Source of the DNA: Octopus sinensis
Taxonomy: Eukaryota
Direction: 5' to 3'
Length of the DNA: 64,000 nt
Assembly (NCBI RefSeq): GCF_006345805.1
Contig: NC_042997.1
Location: 63,426,001-63,490,000, forward strand
Part shown: positions 27,030-40,949 of the stretch, in pieces
Layout: each line of letters begins with the position of its first letter
How positions within the stretch are numbered: position 1 is the first letter of the stretch
Position numbers and translations under genes: made by a program
Notes under the pieces: model-generated
Told to the model about the DNA's origin: nothing
Databases searched by the model: none
Seen by the model: the letters and a program-made list of their open reading frames with translations, nothing else

Positions 27030-28275
27030 TGAGTCTTCTATGACACCATAAGTCAGGAACAAGGGTATACATCTTGTCGGGTGTCCGCTTTATAGGGGTG
27101 TGCCTCTGTGTACATGGGTGCCTTGCTGTGAGCTTTGCCAGGCCCGTGGGAATTATTGAAAGGTCGAGGCTGGGGTCCTGTGGTCGCAGGCATGGTAGGC
27201 CACACAGGCACTATAGGATGTATTTCCTTTCATGTGGGCACGGATTAAACGCCTCACACCTGCTATTCAGGTAAATATCCGGGTGTTGGGTACCCTTTAA
27301 AATTGCTCTCTTTTCATCAGACACAACGTGCACTTCCTGCCGCTATTGAAGTACGGTTTGCATATCTCCAGGATCTTCCACATTTTACTGTAGTCTTTGG
27401 CACTTTCTTTTAAAAACCAAACGTGATTTGCTAGGTTGCTAAAGCGGATTCTGAAGGGGCCTTCCGTTGCCCCCACATGCGTCCGCTCACCCGCTTCCCC
27501 ATTGGGTCCTCTGGCTTTTATCCCTCCTTCGTATACAACTGTCTCCGTGTTACAGTGTCCGTTCAGCGGATAAGTTGCGTTACCTCTGCATGAGCAGACC
27601 AGACAGCTGAGTAAACTCATCATCAGAAATGTTAGTAACGGCGTTAGAAATGCCTCTGACCTCGCCCTATGGCGCAACACCAACGAGGTCATTACATAGT
27701 TTAAGGTAGGGGTAGAGCTAGAATTACCCAGTTTGATATAGTGGATTTCTATCCATCTATATCAATGGAGATCCTGTTAAAGACACTGGACTTCGCTAGG
27801 GCCCACACAGAAGTCAGCGACGAGGATGTTGAAGGAGGACCTGTGGTTGTTAAAGTGGGTTCTGAAAGGCATTCCGTTGCCCTGAAACACTTCCACAAGC
27901 TCGGTAGCGCATGGGGTCCGCTAGCTACTACCTACGCTTCGTATACAACTTTCTCCTTGTTACAGTGGATGTTTAGAAGACGACTTGTGTTACCTCTGCA
28001 TGAGCAGATCGGACAAGTGAGAAAACGGTTCATCAAAAAGATCGGTTATGGTGTTAGACACGCCTCTGATCTCGCCCTATGGTACAACACCAACGAGGTC
28101 ATTACATATTTTAAGGCCAATAACAATAGAGGTAGAGCTAAGTTACCCAATTTAATATAGTAGACTTTTGATATAGTGGAGCTCCTGTTAAAGGCACGGA
28201 ACTTCGCTAAGAGCCACACTGAATTCAGAAACGAGGGCATATGCATTATTATGCACGCCAGAATATCTTAAATCT
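27030..28275. mobile_element. Penelope-like element 5' region: two units of inverted GIY-YIG (-) fused to the RT N-terminus (+)
   Basis: Minus ~27030-27610 and ~27830-28015 read CSCRGN..PL..HCN.E.VVY...HVGATEG..KCTLCL..LNSR. Plus ~27615-27830 and ~28020-28275 read LWRNTNEVI..F..ITQFDIVDFYPSISMEILLKTLDFARAHT. Confidence 0.85.
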
Positions 28276-28329
28276 TCAGTAAGAGGTCAGGATGGGACAA
28301 ACATTCTGATCCAGTGGTTTCCTTCGATG

Positions 28330-29152
28330 GGCAATGGGTTCCGTTCAAGCAATTCGTAACGAATAATCCCTTCCCAGTCCCACCATACGCACAACATCGT
28401 TTTACGCGGATGAAGATCTTGTTTCACGCGCGGTATCGCTTGATTACCGGAGCTAAACCATTCCTTACACGACTCCATACTGATGTACATGCACCATTTT
28501 CCATCGCCAGTAATGATTTGGTAAAGAAATCGTTGCTTGTGTCCATGAATTGAGCGGGGACGAGCAAGCAAACCAGCGGAGATTGTGGCTCGTTGATTTT
28601 TGTTGTTACTTAAAGCAGGCGGAAGCTATGTTCCATACTTCTGAAACTTTCCCATCGAGTGAAGATGCGTCTGTATAGCAGTGTGGGAGCATTCCATATT
28701 TTCTGTCAGTTCCCTTGTCGTTTGACGAGAAATTTCGTGCAAAAGTTGGTTTAATCGCTCTTCATCGAACTCAACTGGACATCCAGAACAAGGTGCGACT
28801 TTGAGGTCAAAATCTCCATTTTTGAACTTGGTATACCAATCACGAGCGGTTCTTTCAGCTATGGCACCCTCTCCATACACAGCACAAATGTCCCGAGCAG
28901 CTTTTGCGGCCTTAGAACCTTGATTACAAGCAAAATGAAGGAGGTATCGAAAATTCTGTTTTTTTTTTACTTGACATTTCATTTTAATGATCTGAAAATA
29001 AACAAAAATTAACTAAAACTGGAAAAAACCCAAAATAGGTTCCAAAAGGATTCAAAAATAGAATTCTCGAAAAGAAAAATAGATTACAAAGTTTAAAAAC
29101 GCAGTAAATTCCAAAATTTAAGAAAACCGCGGGAACTTAGTCGCTAATCCAA
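28330..29152 (-). mobile_element. 3'-truncated mariner inserted in the PLE
   Basis: ORFs 28626..28982 (AARDICAVYGEGAIAERTARDW..KFKNGDFDL) and 28287..28571 (IITGDGKW, MLCVWWDWEGII). A 5' TIR-like ttggattagcgactaagttcccgcggttt ends at ~29152. Confidence 0.9.
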
Positions 29153-29154
29153 CA

Positions 29155-30190
29155 GATATACGAAAAACGAAGTTCCCTTCAACTAGCTTTGGACTCTACG
29201 GAGGTGACGCACTGGCAATATCAAGAAGGACTAATGACCACATGCTAGATAGGGTCAGAAAGCGCTTCACAGGCATCATGAACTCCCTTGAACTGAAGGT
29301 CACAATAGAGACCAACTTGAAAACGGTAGATTTCCTTGACATGACCCTGGATCTAGAATCCGGTGCCTACAGGCCACTTCGGAAACCAAATGAAAAACTA
29401 TCATACATTGACACATATACTTCCCATCCAATCACAGTGTTCAGTAACTTGATCAAGGGCGTTAACAGGAAGATCTAGAGCTTATCATGAGGCAGAGAAA
29501 TCTTTGATGTTGCAGCCCCGTAATACAACAGGGCTCTGATTGCTAGCAGTTTTAATTATATGCCAGACGCTAACCCCCCAAGAGAAAGCTCCACCAGAAA
29601 GTGATGTGGTTCACGTCACCCTTCTCTTTGAATATTAAAACCAGAGTGGGTAATATCTTAGTTTAGTTGATAAACACTTTCTCCGTAGTAATAGATTCAA
29701 CAAAATATTTAACAGATATACCCTGAGACTATCCTTTAGCTGTGCACCTAGTGTAAAAAAGATTTTTGTAGGTAGGCCTACGCCTGAGGCAGAGGCAGGA
29801 TACTCATGCAGGGGTAAAACAACTTGTCCACTGAAGAACCACTGTAACACGGAGACAGTTGTATACGTAGCAGGGGTAACAGTCATAGAACCTGATGGGT
29901 AACCGTGCGTGCAGATGTATGTGGTAGCAACGGAAAGCCCCTTCAGTATCCTCTTTAACAACCACAGGTCCTCCTTCAATATTCCGGAGATAGGTAACGC
30001 CACAACATTAGCCAAGCACGTTTGGTCTTTGAAAGAAAGCACCACAGAGTACAGCATAACGTGGAAAATCCCGGAGAAATGCAAACCGTACTTCGAGAGC
30101 AGCAGGTTGTGCCCGGCTGAGGAGAGAGCAATTTTAAAGGGTAACCAACGTCTGAATATTTGCCTGAATAGCAGGAGTGAGGTATAATAC
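29155..30190 (+). mobile_element. Penelope-like element RT C-half plus GIY-YIG endonuclease
   Basis: FGLYGGD (mutated YRDD), VDFLDMTLDL, KPNEKLSYI..SHP, WFTSPFS, SCRGKTTCPLKNHC, YVVATESPF..FNNHRSSF, LAKHVWSLK, LNSRSEV. Confidence 0.9.
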
Positions 30191-30204
30191 AATGAAAAGT
30201 GTTG

Positions 30205-30660
30205 TAATGAAAGATATGTCTGAATATGTGGTCTGGGTGAGATATTCGGAATTTTCTATACGACAATCGTCGTGTGTTTATTAACACAAAATGTATACAG
30301 TTTGGAATTGGTGTGGCAACAGTACACATAATTATTCTTAGAGACATGAGCATGCGCAAATGTTGTGCAAAATTTGTTCGAATGCTGTTCAGTAACAAGC
30401 GTCCTCTTAACAACTACTCCACTGAGTGGGGATCAATACATGACCCTCACCATCTCTACCGTCCCCACGTGACTACCAGTGACTTTAATTGTTCCACAAG
30501 CTGAATGATATCCTCATGGGGAACACGTTTTTAATATGAAGAAGGCTGTGACAAGCGTTATGGATACCTTCGCTCAGGAATGTTTCCTTGTGGCCTTCAC
30601 GAAGTAGCTAGATTACTACAAACGGCGCATTGAAGTCAGGAAATCGTAGTTTCAAGGTGA
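30205..30660 (+). mobile_element. Internally deleted mariner relic
   Basis: DNRRVF..IGVATVHIII..MRKCCAKFV fused to a PH.LYRP..TTSDF (YSPDLAP region) and YF.GD* terminus. Confidence 0.75.
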
Positions 30661-30699
30661 CTAGAGTTTTGTAAATCTTTGAAAAGGCGTAGCCGTGGT

Positions 30700-30803
30700 A
30701 AACAGGCACAGGCGAAGTTGTGTGGTAAGAGGTTTGCTTCCTGGCCACATGGTTCCTTGTGAGTGGACTCGATAGACAGAAACCGAAAGAAACCCGTCGT
30801 ATA
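30700..30803 (+). mobile_element. Internally deleted SINE family 2
   Basis: ggcacaggcgaagttgtgtggtaagaggtttgcttcc...ccttgtgagtgga...gaaaccgaaagaaacccgtcgtata. Confidence 0.7.
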
Positions 30804-31677
30804 CGTGGTCTGATCAATAAGTAGCCGGACGTTGCTATAAAGCACGCAGAGTAAAGCTACTTGGAACAAATTGAACTATGCTGTGCATGTGCACTAAGTT
30901 TTAAAGTTCCAGCAAACTTCCGTTGTCCACAACAGTGTTTGGAAGGAATGTGTGTAGCATGTGATCGTTGCATTGATCATGACAGACAAAGATGAGCAGA
31001 AAATCTGCATCAAATCTTGCCAAAAGCTTGGCGTTACCTGCTCAGAGGCCTACGCAAAGTTTTCAATAAATTTTCATCGTCCTCGGCACGATCAAGGAGA
31101 TCTTGTGCAACTGAAATTCGAGTGGCATTTTTGATTAGCTGAAAGCAATTTTTGCACAAACTTGGCAGACACGCGTCTCATACACAAATCTTCAGTGATA
31201 ATGGACTGAACTGAACCGTAACTAATCTGCGTATGTGATAACTGACGGATGGTGATTCGACGATTTCCTCTCACGGCTGCATGCACGTCTACGATGTTTT
31301 TCTCAGTTGTCATGGTTGCGAGTCTCCCAGACGTTCATCAGTATCAAAATGTTTTAAGCTATCTTGGAAACGTCTGAACCACTCGGATACTTGTGTGTAG
31401 CTCATACACTTCTCTCTACACAATTTCTGCAACTTTGCTTAGGGCTCTCAGCGGGTGTCGCCATGACAACTTTCTCTGTCATGGTCAATGCGACGATCAC
31501 ACACTACACACCATCCTTTTGAGCACTGCTTTAACTAGCGGAAGTGCGCTAGATCGTTAAATCTAAGAGCACATGCACAGCAGAGTTCAAGGTCAATCTT
31601 TGCGAAGCGGCTTTCTCTGCGTTCTTCAACTTCGTTACTCTGGCAACGGTCCTGATACTTATTGAACAGACCTCGTG
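30804..31677. mobile_element. Two convergent mariner 5' halves
   Basis: Plus: TA|CGTGGTCTGATCAATAAGTAGCCGGAC...MTDKDEQKICIKSCQKLG (to ~31070). Minus: CACGAGGTCTGTTCAATAAGTATCAGGAC...NRRITIRQL..SYGSVQSIITEDLCMRRVSAKFV (31080-31677). Confidence 0.85.
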
Positions 31678-31679
31678 TA

Positions 31680-31773
<94 letters not shown>

Positions 31774-32214
31774 CGGTGTTTACGTCCCGAAAACAGTAAC
31801 GTGCTTAAAAACATTTCTTAGCGGAATTCATTCGACTGAAAAGTCTTCAACTCGCTATTCCAGCGTGCCGTCAATCTAATGACAGAATCAATTTAAAGAG
31901 AAATATCTTGCATGAAAAAATCCGAAGATTTTTGCTATATACCTTTTATATATTTACTTTTACATTCAATATTCTTCGGGAGTAGATTACTTCATATAGT
32001 TCTTGGTTCAAACGTTTAGGCGTTATACTGTTATAATAAGAAAGAATAAACTAAATCTTCGATCTTATCTTTGAGTTATTGCGCTCCTCATTTCGTAATT
32101 AGATATTGTTTATCTGTACCCCTTTTGCAACAACTTGTCATGTGATTTTTCTCACATACGTCTTCTGACCTTTTGTAATCCCATATATAATTCGGGTTTC
32201 TTTTTTTTTATCTT

Positions 32215-32350
32215 TTACATTTTACTTGTTTCAGTCATTAAACTGCGGTCATGCCGGGCGACCACTTTGAACTTTAAGTCGAGGGATCGACCCTAGTACT
32301 TATTTTTTAAGTCTGGTACTTATTCTATCGGTCTATTTTGCTGAACCGGA
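32215..32350 (-). mobile_element. SINE family 3 3' portion
   Basis: ttttacttgtttcagtcattaaactgcggtcatgc...gtacttattctatcggtc; a related plus-strand remnant lies at ~31775-31895. Family recalled from octopus repeats. Confidence 0.6.
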
Positions 32351-34411
32351 CAGCTGTCATGACGCTAAGATGAGCATGTCTGTTTTATCATCGTCAATTT
32401 CCTTTGAAGACATAAAGCATTTATCTTTCCTCCTCTCATGTCCTATAGCCATTTGCGTTAATTTTACTTGTCCAAAAATAAATGCTTCAGAATATTTTTT
32501 CTAGGAGTGGAACATCACTAAATATAATCGTTTTAAACAGAATACTTTTGTCACTCTTGCTTTCGGGTGTTGTTTTCTAAATGCAGCCAATATTATTCTT
32601 GTACTATCTTATTTATTAACTTAGCTTCCTGTTAAGTATATTATAAGTGGAATTGATTACTGAAAAAGATATAGAGTTTGAGACATGTTATGTTATTTTT
32701 GTTCTGTTGACTGTTGTAAATATTTTACTTGTTTAAAGTATCCTTACAGGGCAATTTCAGTCATTAGTGTCTCTTGTCTGCTGTCTACTTTATTATTTTC
32801 TAAACATTTGCCTATGTTTAGAGGAATTTCCATATCTTTCATCTATTATCTAACAGCATATTAGTGATTTTAATTAATATTTAATTTTCTGCTTTTTAAA
32901 GTTGCGTTACTGTATTTTTTAAACTGAATTTTATGTCAGTGTTAATTAAGAATTTTCTTTGTGAATCTGTAAACGTATGTGAGAGTGCTTCACTTGTTTG
33001 CAATGTGCAGTATACAAACTGACTTTATATTCAGAAGATTATGTCTGATTGTACCAGTGGAAGTTGTGTATGTTTGCTGTCTGAACGAGTGTATTGGTTA
33101 GGTATGTTTGTTTAAGACATAAAAAGAAGAGGAGATAAATACATGGACGAGGCTATTTTGAGATCTATCCACTGTCTTTCCCGTTGTCCAAGCTCCGGCT
33201 TATCTTGCTGTTAGGAAACTCGTTTTCTTTTGGCCTTGAAATGAATCAATTTCCATCACAAAGACTTATTTTTGTTTTTGCAATTGTTTTGTTTCAGAGC
33301 TTTTGAATGGCATTAACACACTATATTTCTTTGTAGAAATATTGGCAATATTATTTGAATGGGTTTAGCTATTTTGTTTGGGATTTTAATTTGTTTCATT
33401 ACTGCTGTGATTGTTTCGGTGAACACTCTACTTACGTCGACGATATTGATCCCGGTATCTGTTTCCGGGAAATCTACCAAAACAAACTGTTTACATGTAA
33501 AATATTAACTTTACAGGGTATATCATTCGTATCAAAGTGTTTCACAATTTTTATATATATGAAGATTGTCGCCTTGGGTTGTTGTTTTATATAATTCAAA
33601 TGTTAGAACATTCTGTAGTGATCATTATCATATTGCGTTCATATTTTCGTTAACGCACTTCCAGTTCCCCTCCCTATTGCTTTATTCAAATACATATTCA
33701 GTTTCTTTGATACTTTGTTTTCTTTTAATATCTAAATTCACTACATTTTTAGATTTGAGGTTTTGCTTTTCGTATTTGCATTTTTAACATATTTTCTTAA
33801 TATCTATGTATTTATTCTTTCTGTTACTGATTCATTTCAGTTCGTGTTTAAGAATAATATGTATACGTATATATTTTAAATGTCTTACTATTTTCTCCTT
33901 CGGGTTTTTCTTCATTTCTTTTAGGGTTGATGTGGAATTGTGAATATGTTATGAGTCGTATACATCTTACGCGTGAATTCAGAGTTTTCATTACTCGAAT
34001 GATATGATGGTTACTTTATCACAAGTTTTGAAGGGTTGAGCTCTGGTTTCTAAATCATGTTCCTTCAGAAAGAGTACACTAACAGGTAAACACTAGCTTA
34101 CAAACGTATCTGCCAATCCGTTATCAAGCTGTTTCTTATTTACTGTGTAACTTTTCATATGTACTTAATATTTTGGGAGCAGTTGAGTATTCATTTTCTT
34201 TTATTATATTTGTAATCATCTTAGTGTTCTTTTTAATTATTTTATGTTCAATTTTATTAAGCATAATTTAAGAAATATACCAAAACTTTCTCCTTTCTTT
34301 CCTCAAAACAATTACTTAGATCTTGGAAAATACACATAAAAATTTTCGAAGCAATATCAATAATAATAATAATAACAACAACAATAATAATAATAATAAT
34401 AATAATACTTA

Positions 34412-34463
<52 letters not shown>

Positions 34464-34891
34464 CGTCGTCGTCGTTGTCGCCGTCGTCGTCATCGTCGTC
34501 GTCATTATCATCGTCATCATTGAGATCAATACATGTTTTCAGAAATCCTATGTTGTTTGTTTCTTTGAATATTAACAGATAACCAAAGTTATATATTTGT
34601 AGTATTTTCCTAATTTCGATTCTACATAGTGGAATGGAAGCTATACAGTTAAATAAAAAACTTAAATTTCATTTCCAATAATAGTGAATAGATAAACAAA
34701 CAATGTCAAAATTCCCTCATTCCTTTCGAATCAACTTGCTATAGTAACACTCTATTAGTTAATTGTTCAATTTTCCAAAAATATTTATATAAAATTCCAT
34801 AGAGTGTAAACATTGAGAATATTTAAATTGTAAATTTTTTCTAATACAGTGATCAAAATGATTAAATACAAAAACTGTTTGATATTTTTAA

Positions 34892-34927
<36 letters not shown>

Positions 34928-35080
34928 GAATATGTTGCCGCATATGTAAACATCGAAATATTTGCTCGCCACAAATAATCACAATAAGTGTTTATTCACA
35001 AATATATAAATATGTTTTTTTTAAATATATATACATACATATAAATTTATATGTATACACACACACACACACACACACAC

Positions 35081-35135
<55 letters not shown>

Positions 35136-35305
35136 ATATGTATGTGTGCATACGTTGTGTGTACATATTTATACATATAGGCCTGTATGTATGTATGCAT
35201 GTATGTATGTATATATATATACATATATATATATTTATATATATATATATGTATATTCAAGCATATGTAGACATATTTGAGTATATACGTATATATGTAT
35301 ATACG

Positions 35306-35339
<34 letters not shown>

Positions 35340-35878
35340 AATATATATATATATAAATATAAATATATGTATATTTATATATACAGAGAGAGAGACAGAG
35401 AACGAGAAGAAATGTAAGGGAAATAATGAGGAATATTTTGTTGGCCATAGGAGCATGCACAGTGGTAGTAGCTTTTGTGAAAGATACTAAACAAAGTGAT
35501 GCTTAACATAAACGCGTGTGCGTAAAAAACTGACTGGGAAGCGTATATGATTATCTCATTAAAGATATAGGAAATATATTATACAAATACGATCTGTTTT
35601 TTCAGTGCCGAAACTTCGTGTTCTTCATTTGGTGGGGAGAAGGAAACTAGCCAAATTATAAAAGTGCCCCTGATGTTTAAAATGTTGCCTTTCAGCTATC
35701 CTTTCAGGACAAGGATTATGTTAGCAAATAATTCTTTGAAAGCAAGCAAAGTGTATGTATGCATGTATGTATATATCTATGTGTGTATATGTATATATAT
35801 ATCTATATCTATATCTATTTATTTATACACTGACACACACATAAATATACATGCATATATATATATATGTATATACGT

Positions 35879-35909
<31 letters not shown>

Positions 35910-36119
35910 CGCACACACACACATATGTATATACATACTTAGATTCGTACCCACATACACACATACATGTATATGTATGTATATATATATATACATTTAG
36001 TAAACAAAAGGAAGGAGGAGGATTTCGATTATATCCGCGTGGTGAATTGAAATTCAAAGTATATGTATATAAAATAAAAGAAGGAAAAGGCACTCAGTTT
36101 ACATAGTTTTAATACACTT

Positions 36120-38235
36120 CTAAATATATTTTATAAATGAAAATGTATTGTTTTTGTTAACCGGTTTCGATTTCGCTAATCATGACAGTGAAGTTAGTGT
36201 AATTTCGAATTGTTTTAAGATTTTAATCCATGAAGTAAAAACATCCAAGGGAAGGTAGTTGGTGATCCTTATTATTCGGGACAGGGAAGGTAATTGCTCG
36301 TTTTGGGGAAGGGGATGAAGAATATACAAAAACTCAAAAAGCTAAAGTAATAAGTAAAATATGTACATGTGATCATAAATTAAAATATATATTGAGATCA
36401 AAGTTGGTTATGCGTTTCTATTTAGGCGTGTTCTGTATTTTTCTATAAATATATTTTCTTCATTTAAACACTTCGTACAGAAATTGCTCCTTTGCACTGG
36501 TAAATGGGGAAAACAGTGAAGTTTGGTTGGATATTACCTGCATATTTCTCTGTATGTTCACTCAAACGAATCTTTGTGTACTGTGGGAAACGGATCTGTT
36601 CCTTATGTAGTATGGTTCTCTAAGTGTCATATTTGCATGTCCTATATAGTTATCACCCCAACCTGAAATTAGATTCTCGGAAGCACAAGTGAAGTTGATT
36701 TTCATTGTGAACCTTTCTCCTTGTTTGAATGGGAAATCCGAGCCTTCCAATAGGTTGGGGTATATTGCACAGTTTGAACGTCCACATTGTTTAACCATTG
36801 ATTTCGTAGTTGCTGTGTAAATTTCGCATTTGTCAGAAGTATTTTCAGCGATTTGTGTTGCTTTTTGCATTTGATCAATTGATGTGTTTTCAGAATGCTG
36901 TTCATTTTTGAATCTCCTGTGAGCATAGGTAGATTTTGTACAATAATGTTATATGCCTCGTTGTTTCTAGGGCTGTGAGTTGATATATATGATAGTGTTT
37001 TGAGATGAGGCGTGGTATTTGTTTCCCTTGGTGTTTTAATGCCTAATTTCTTGGCACGCTTAATTCCATTGGCTACTGATGAGGATAAGGGTGGATATTG
37101 TCTTTCGGTTAGAATTCTGCTGAGGCCTTGAAGACAGAGGTTCTGAGTATTTCCATCAGACACTATTGTAAAAATTCGTTTTGCTAAATTAAAGGACATA
37201 TTTCTTTTGATGTGTTTCGGGTGGCATGAGTTAAACAGATGTTGCTTCGAGTCCGTTGGCTTATGATAAATGTCAGTTTCAATTTGGTTGTTGACTTTTT
37301 TTATCATAATATCTAAGAGAGGGAACTGCTCTTTGCTATATTCCATTGTAAATTGAATGTTGGGATTCCTATTATTTAGTATTGATTTAAATTCCAAAAG
37401 TTTATCAATGGTCTCCTTCCAAATGATAAAGCAGTCATCCAGATATCTTTTACAGTTCTCTGTCATATAATGACGAAATGGATGTCCATATTTTTGCAGT
37501 GACATTTCACATATGGTGAATTCGAAGTATCCCATTTTAGGTTCGCAAGAACAGGGACTGCTTTCCTTCCCATTGGTATTCCGCATTTTTGATGATAGCA
37601 GATGTCATCAAATAGGGAATAATTGTTCTCAAGTATAAATTTTAGAGTTTCAATAATAAAGACTGACCTGGTTTATGCATTCTGGAAGTTCTTCGGGGTA
37701 CTTTTCCAGCCACAGTGCAGAAGCTACAGATCCGTTTCCCACAGTACACACAAATTCCTTTGTGTGAACACATAGAGAGATAAGCAGGTAATATCCAACC
37801 AAACTTCACAATTTTCCTCGTGTACTAGTGCACAAAACAACTTCTGTACATGATCGTTTACATAAGAAATATTTATCGAATAATACAGAACACGCCTAAC
37901 TATGAACGTATGACCAACTTTGATCTCAGGATATATTCGTATTCATGATTACATACCCATCACTGTACATATTTCTTCTCACTACCTTAGCTTTTGTGAT
38001 TTTGTATATTTATTTATGCCCTCCCCAGAATATTTCCTTATCCCGAATAATGAAGACCACCAATTACATTCCTTCAGATGTTTCTACTTGTTGATTCATT
38101 CACAAACCCACAAACTTCCACACACATGGGCTAAAACCTTGCTAAGAAAATACAAAACTACAATAACTTCAATGTCATGATTAGCGAAAGCGAAACAGAT
38201 CGACTAAAACTATACTCTTTCACTTATAAGATACA
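36120..38235 (-). mobile_element. 5'-truncated Penelope-like element (Neptune-like) bounded by ~500 bp inverted arms
   Basis: ORF 36702..37586 has RYLDDCFIIW, FPLLDI, TDIYHKPTD, SCHPKH. The ORF 36562..36870 linker CGRSNCAI leads into a GIY-YIG (FTCASENLI..YIGH). Arm 36120-36600 is the reverse complement of 37725-38235. Confidence 0.9.
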
Positions 38236-38288
38236 TTAAAAAATATATATCAAAACTATATAAACTGTGCGCATTTTCCTTCTTTTAT

Positions 38289-38365
<77 letters not shown>

Positions 38366-38409
38366 TGCATACATAAAGCACACACACACATACATACACA
38401 CACACACAC

Positions 38410-38444
<35 letters not shown>

Positions 38445-40189
38445 TACAGACACACATATGTATATATATATCATCAGCCATGTGCTCTCCTTGTGCTCAA
38501 GGCATGCGTTATCGAAACTCTCCACTCACCTCTGTATTCTGCTGCATGCATACATTCAGCCATACCTTTTTGTCCGGTCCATTATATAATATCATCAGAC
38601 CAGAAACTTATTTGACTTATTTTGACCTCTTGCTCTCTTCCCTAATGTTGTAATGATCTTGTGTTCGATATTTAATACCATTAATGCATAGCAGATAAAC
38701 ATCAACTAAATATAAAACATTTAAATTTGAATCTGTCAAATTATTTGAAACCACATATTATCTTTGCACATATATGAATTTTGTATGAACTATTTCAGTA
38801 ACTATAGTTTTACAGTCTCTGCTGTGATCGATATATATGTGAATGTTACTATATTTATGTTTGCGTTAAGGTGTGAGAAAAAAAGGACAGTGAGATATTG
38901 AGAAGAAGGGAGAGTGCAAGAGAGGTTAAAAGGAGACTCAAATAGAAAGTTACTAGTAACATAAAGGAGCCTCACACTAGCACTTCTATTCTGCTACCAC
39001 TTTCTTATAAATATCAGCCTTTCAGCATTGTTTTTCTTGTGCCGTGTCCATTTTACTTCTACGAACTCTTGAACTTGGAAAGTTATTCTTCAGACTTACA
39101 TGCATTATTCAGGCAAGACGTATTTTGTTTGTAACATCTTTGTTTGTAACATCCACGCTAAAAAATATGGGTCAAAAGAGGCACACGCGCGCACACACAC
39201 ACACAAGATACCTACTGTGCAAAGTACAGTGATACTCTACAACTTCGGCACACATTTCCACCTCCCACTTGTAGCTTAGAGATACAACCCATCAATCAAC
39301 TTTTATACTCAAACTATTGATTACATTTCCTCGAGTGTATAACCTTTCTATCCTCGGCTTTATTTGATAATCGAAAAAGTTTATGATATATTATTCGGAC
39401 ATATAGAGATGACAGCATCTCAGTGCTAATCACGTTTCTATGTTATTTCTTTAACAGGTGCTTTCTTCACGAGGTATTTGTACGCCTATTCGCTCACTTA
39501 CGAGCACAAGGTCAAGGGATATGTTATTTTTTTTGTGGAAACATCTGTGTGTGTGTTGGTTGTTGTGATGTTGTGTTACTGTTGTTGAACATATTATAGT
39601 CCTTATTTTACCCTCATAATTATAGTTATTACTGTTGTTTCTTCGGCTACAAATTGATGTACACATTTTCTTATCCGCATATCGTTTCACTGACGTCAAT
39701 GTAGCAGTGGTAGTAGCTGTTTTGACTGTGACGTCAATAATTTTGGTTGCTATGACGGCAGTGGTGGTTGCTGTTACTTTGATGCTGTTGTTGTCCTTTT
39801 TAAATATTATGGAATCACTACCGCTTTCTCCCTTTGAATTTCATCTTTATATCTTACTAAAATCAAATAAAATTAAATGAAACAAAAACAAAACAATCAT
39901 TATGTCATCGTTGAATTCGAGACTTTTATATTTATAATTGAAATTATATATTTGTTAAAAGCGACGACAGTTCAACGACATATCTTGCGGGTCAATATTT
40001 CTACAAGTGTGTCAAAGAAAGAATAAGAATAAATGAAATAAGTAAATAAATAGATAAATGAATCAATCACTTTAAGGTATTTTATTATTGCAAAAACAAC
40101 AAATGATTGCTGAAACTTAGGGAGATCCAGCGGTTTGAGTTGATCTGAGGAGACGATGACAATAATAACAACGATCATAATTATAATAC

Positions 40190-40395
40190 TTTCTAATAGG
40201 ACACAAGGCCTGAAATTTGGGGGGAGGGGCTAGTCGGTTATATAGACCCCTGCACGCAACTAGTACTTCTTTCATTGTTCCAAATGGATGAAAGACAAAA
40301 TCAACCTCGGTGTTATTTGAAATCAGAACGTAAAGAGGGATGAAATGCCGCTAAACATTTTGCCCGGAGTTCTACCGATTTTGCCAGCTCACCAA
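40190..40395 (-). mobile_element. SINE family 1
   Basis: caaggcctgaaatttgggggg...aacctcgg...cagaacgtaaag...ttgccagctcacc. Confidence 0.85.
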
Positions 40396-40404
40396 GGAAT
40401 AATG

Positions 40405-40441
<37 letters not shown>

Positions 40442-40459
40442 TAATAATAATAATAATAA

Positions 40460-40878
40460 ATGCCCTGATGCATTACAAGACAGTGGCTCTCATGGCTTCT
40501 GATCTTAACTGATTGGAAGTGTTATCATGTACATTGTTTTGTCTTGGTATAAAAGATGGGCTACAGCAAATATTATGCTCAATACCACAGTTTTGCTTGT
40601 CAGTTGTTTGACCTTAACCAGTTGAGCATGTCCCTTAGTGGCTGACGATATGTGCATCTTTGACCACAAGCAGAAGGAGTAGGGGCGCATCATAGCGGTG
40701 TGTTGAAAGAATACTTGGAGGTTTGGATAATTCACCTTTGGAAACATGGGTGGTTAAACAATCCTTATTCAGGGACATTTTGAGCGGGATGGGCTGGCTA
40801 CTCGACCAGAGGAAAACTCTAACTGGGCCCCACCTGCAAGATCATGCACTATTTATCTTGATAGGAGATTACCATAGC
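40460..40878. mobile_element. Non-coding interspersed element in (AAT)n, copy 1 (truncated on the right)
   Basis: Aligns with 42202-42708 from the same left base; (AAT)n on both sides; no ORF or tRNA boxes seen. Confidence 0.75.
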
Positions 40879-40890
40879 AATAATAATAAC

Positions 40891-40944
<54 letters not shown>

Positions 40945-40949
40945 GAATG

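Noticed and set aside
29885-29910. Stop in the PLE endonuclease as possible selenocysteine recoding
   Set aside because: The in-frame stop is TAA, not TGA at a Cys position, and the copy is generally decayed.
40815-40845. Weak 5S rRNA-like similarity (minus gcaggtggggcccagttag)
   Set aside because: Too short and lacks box C; cannot support a SINE3 call.
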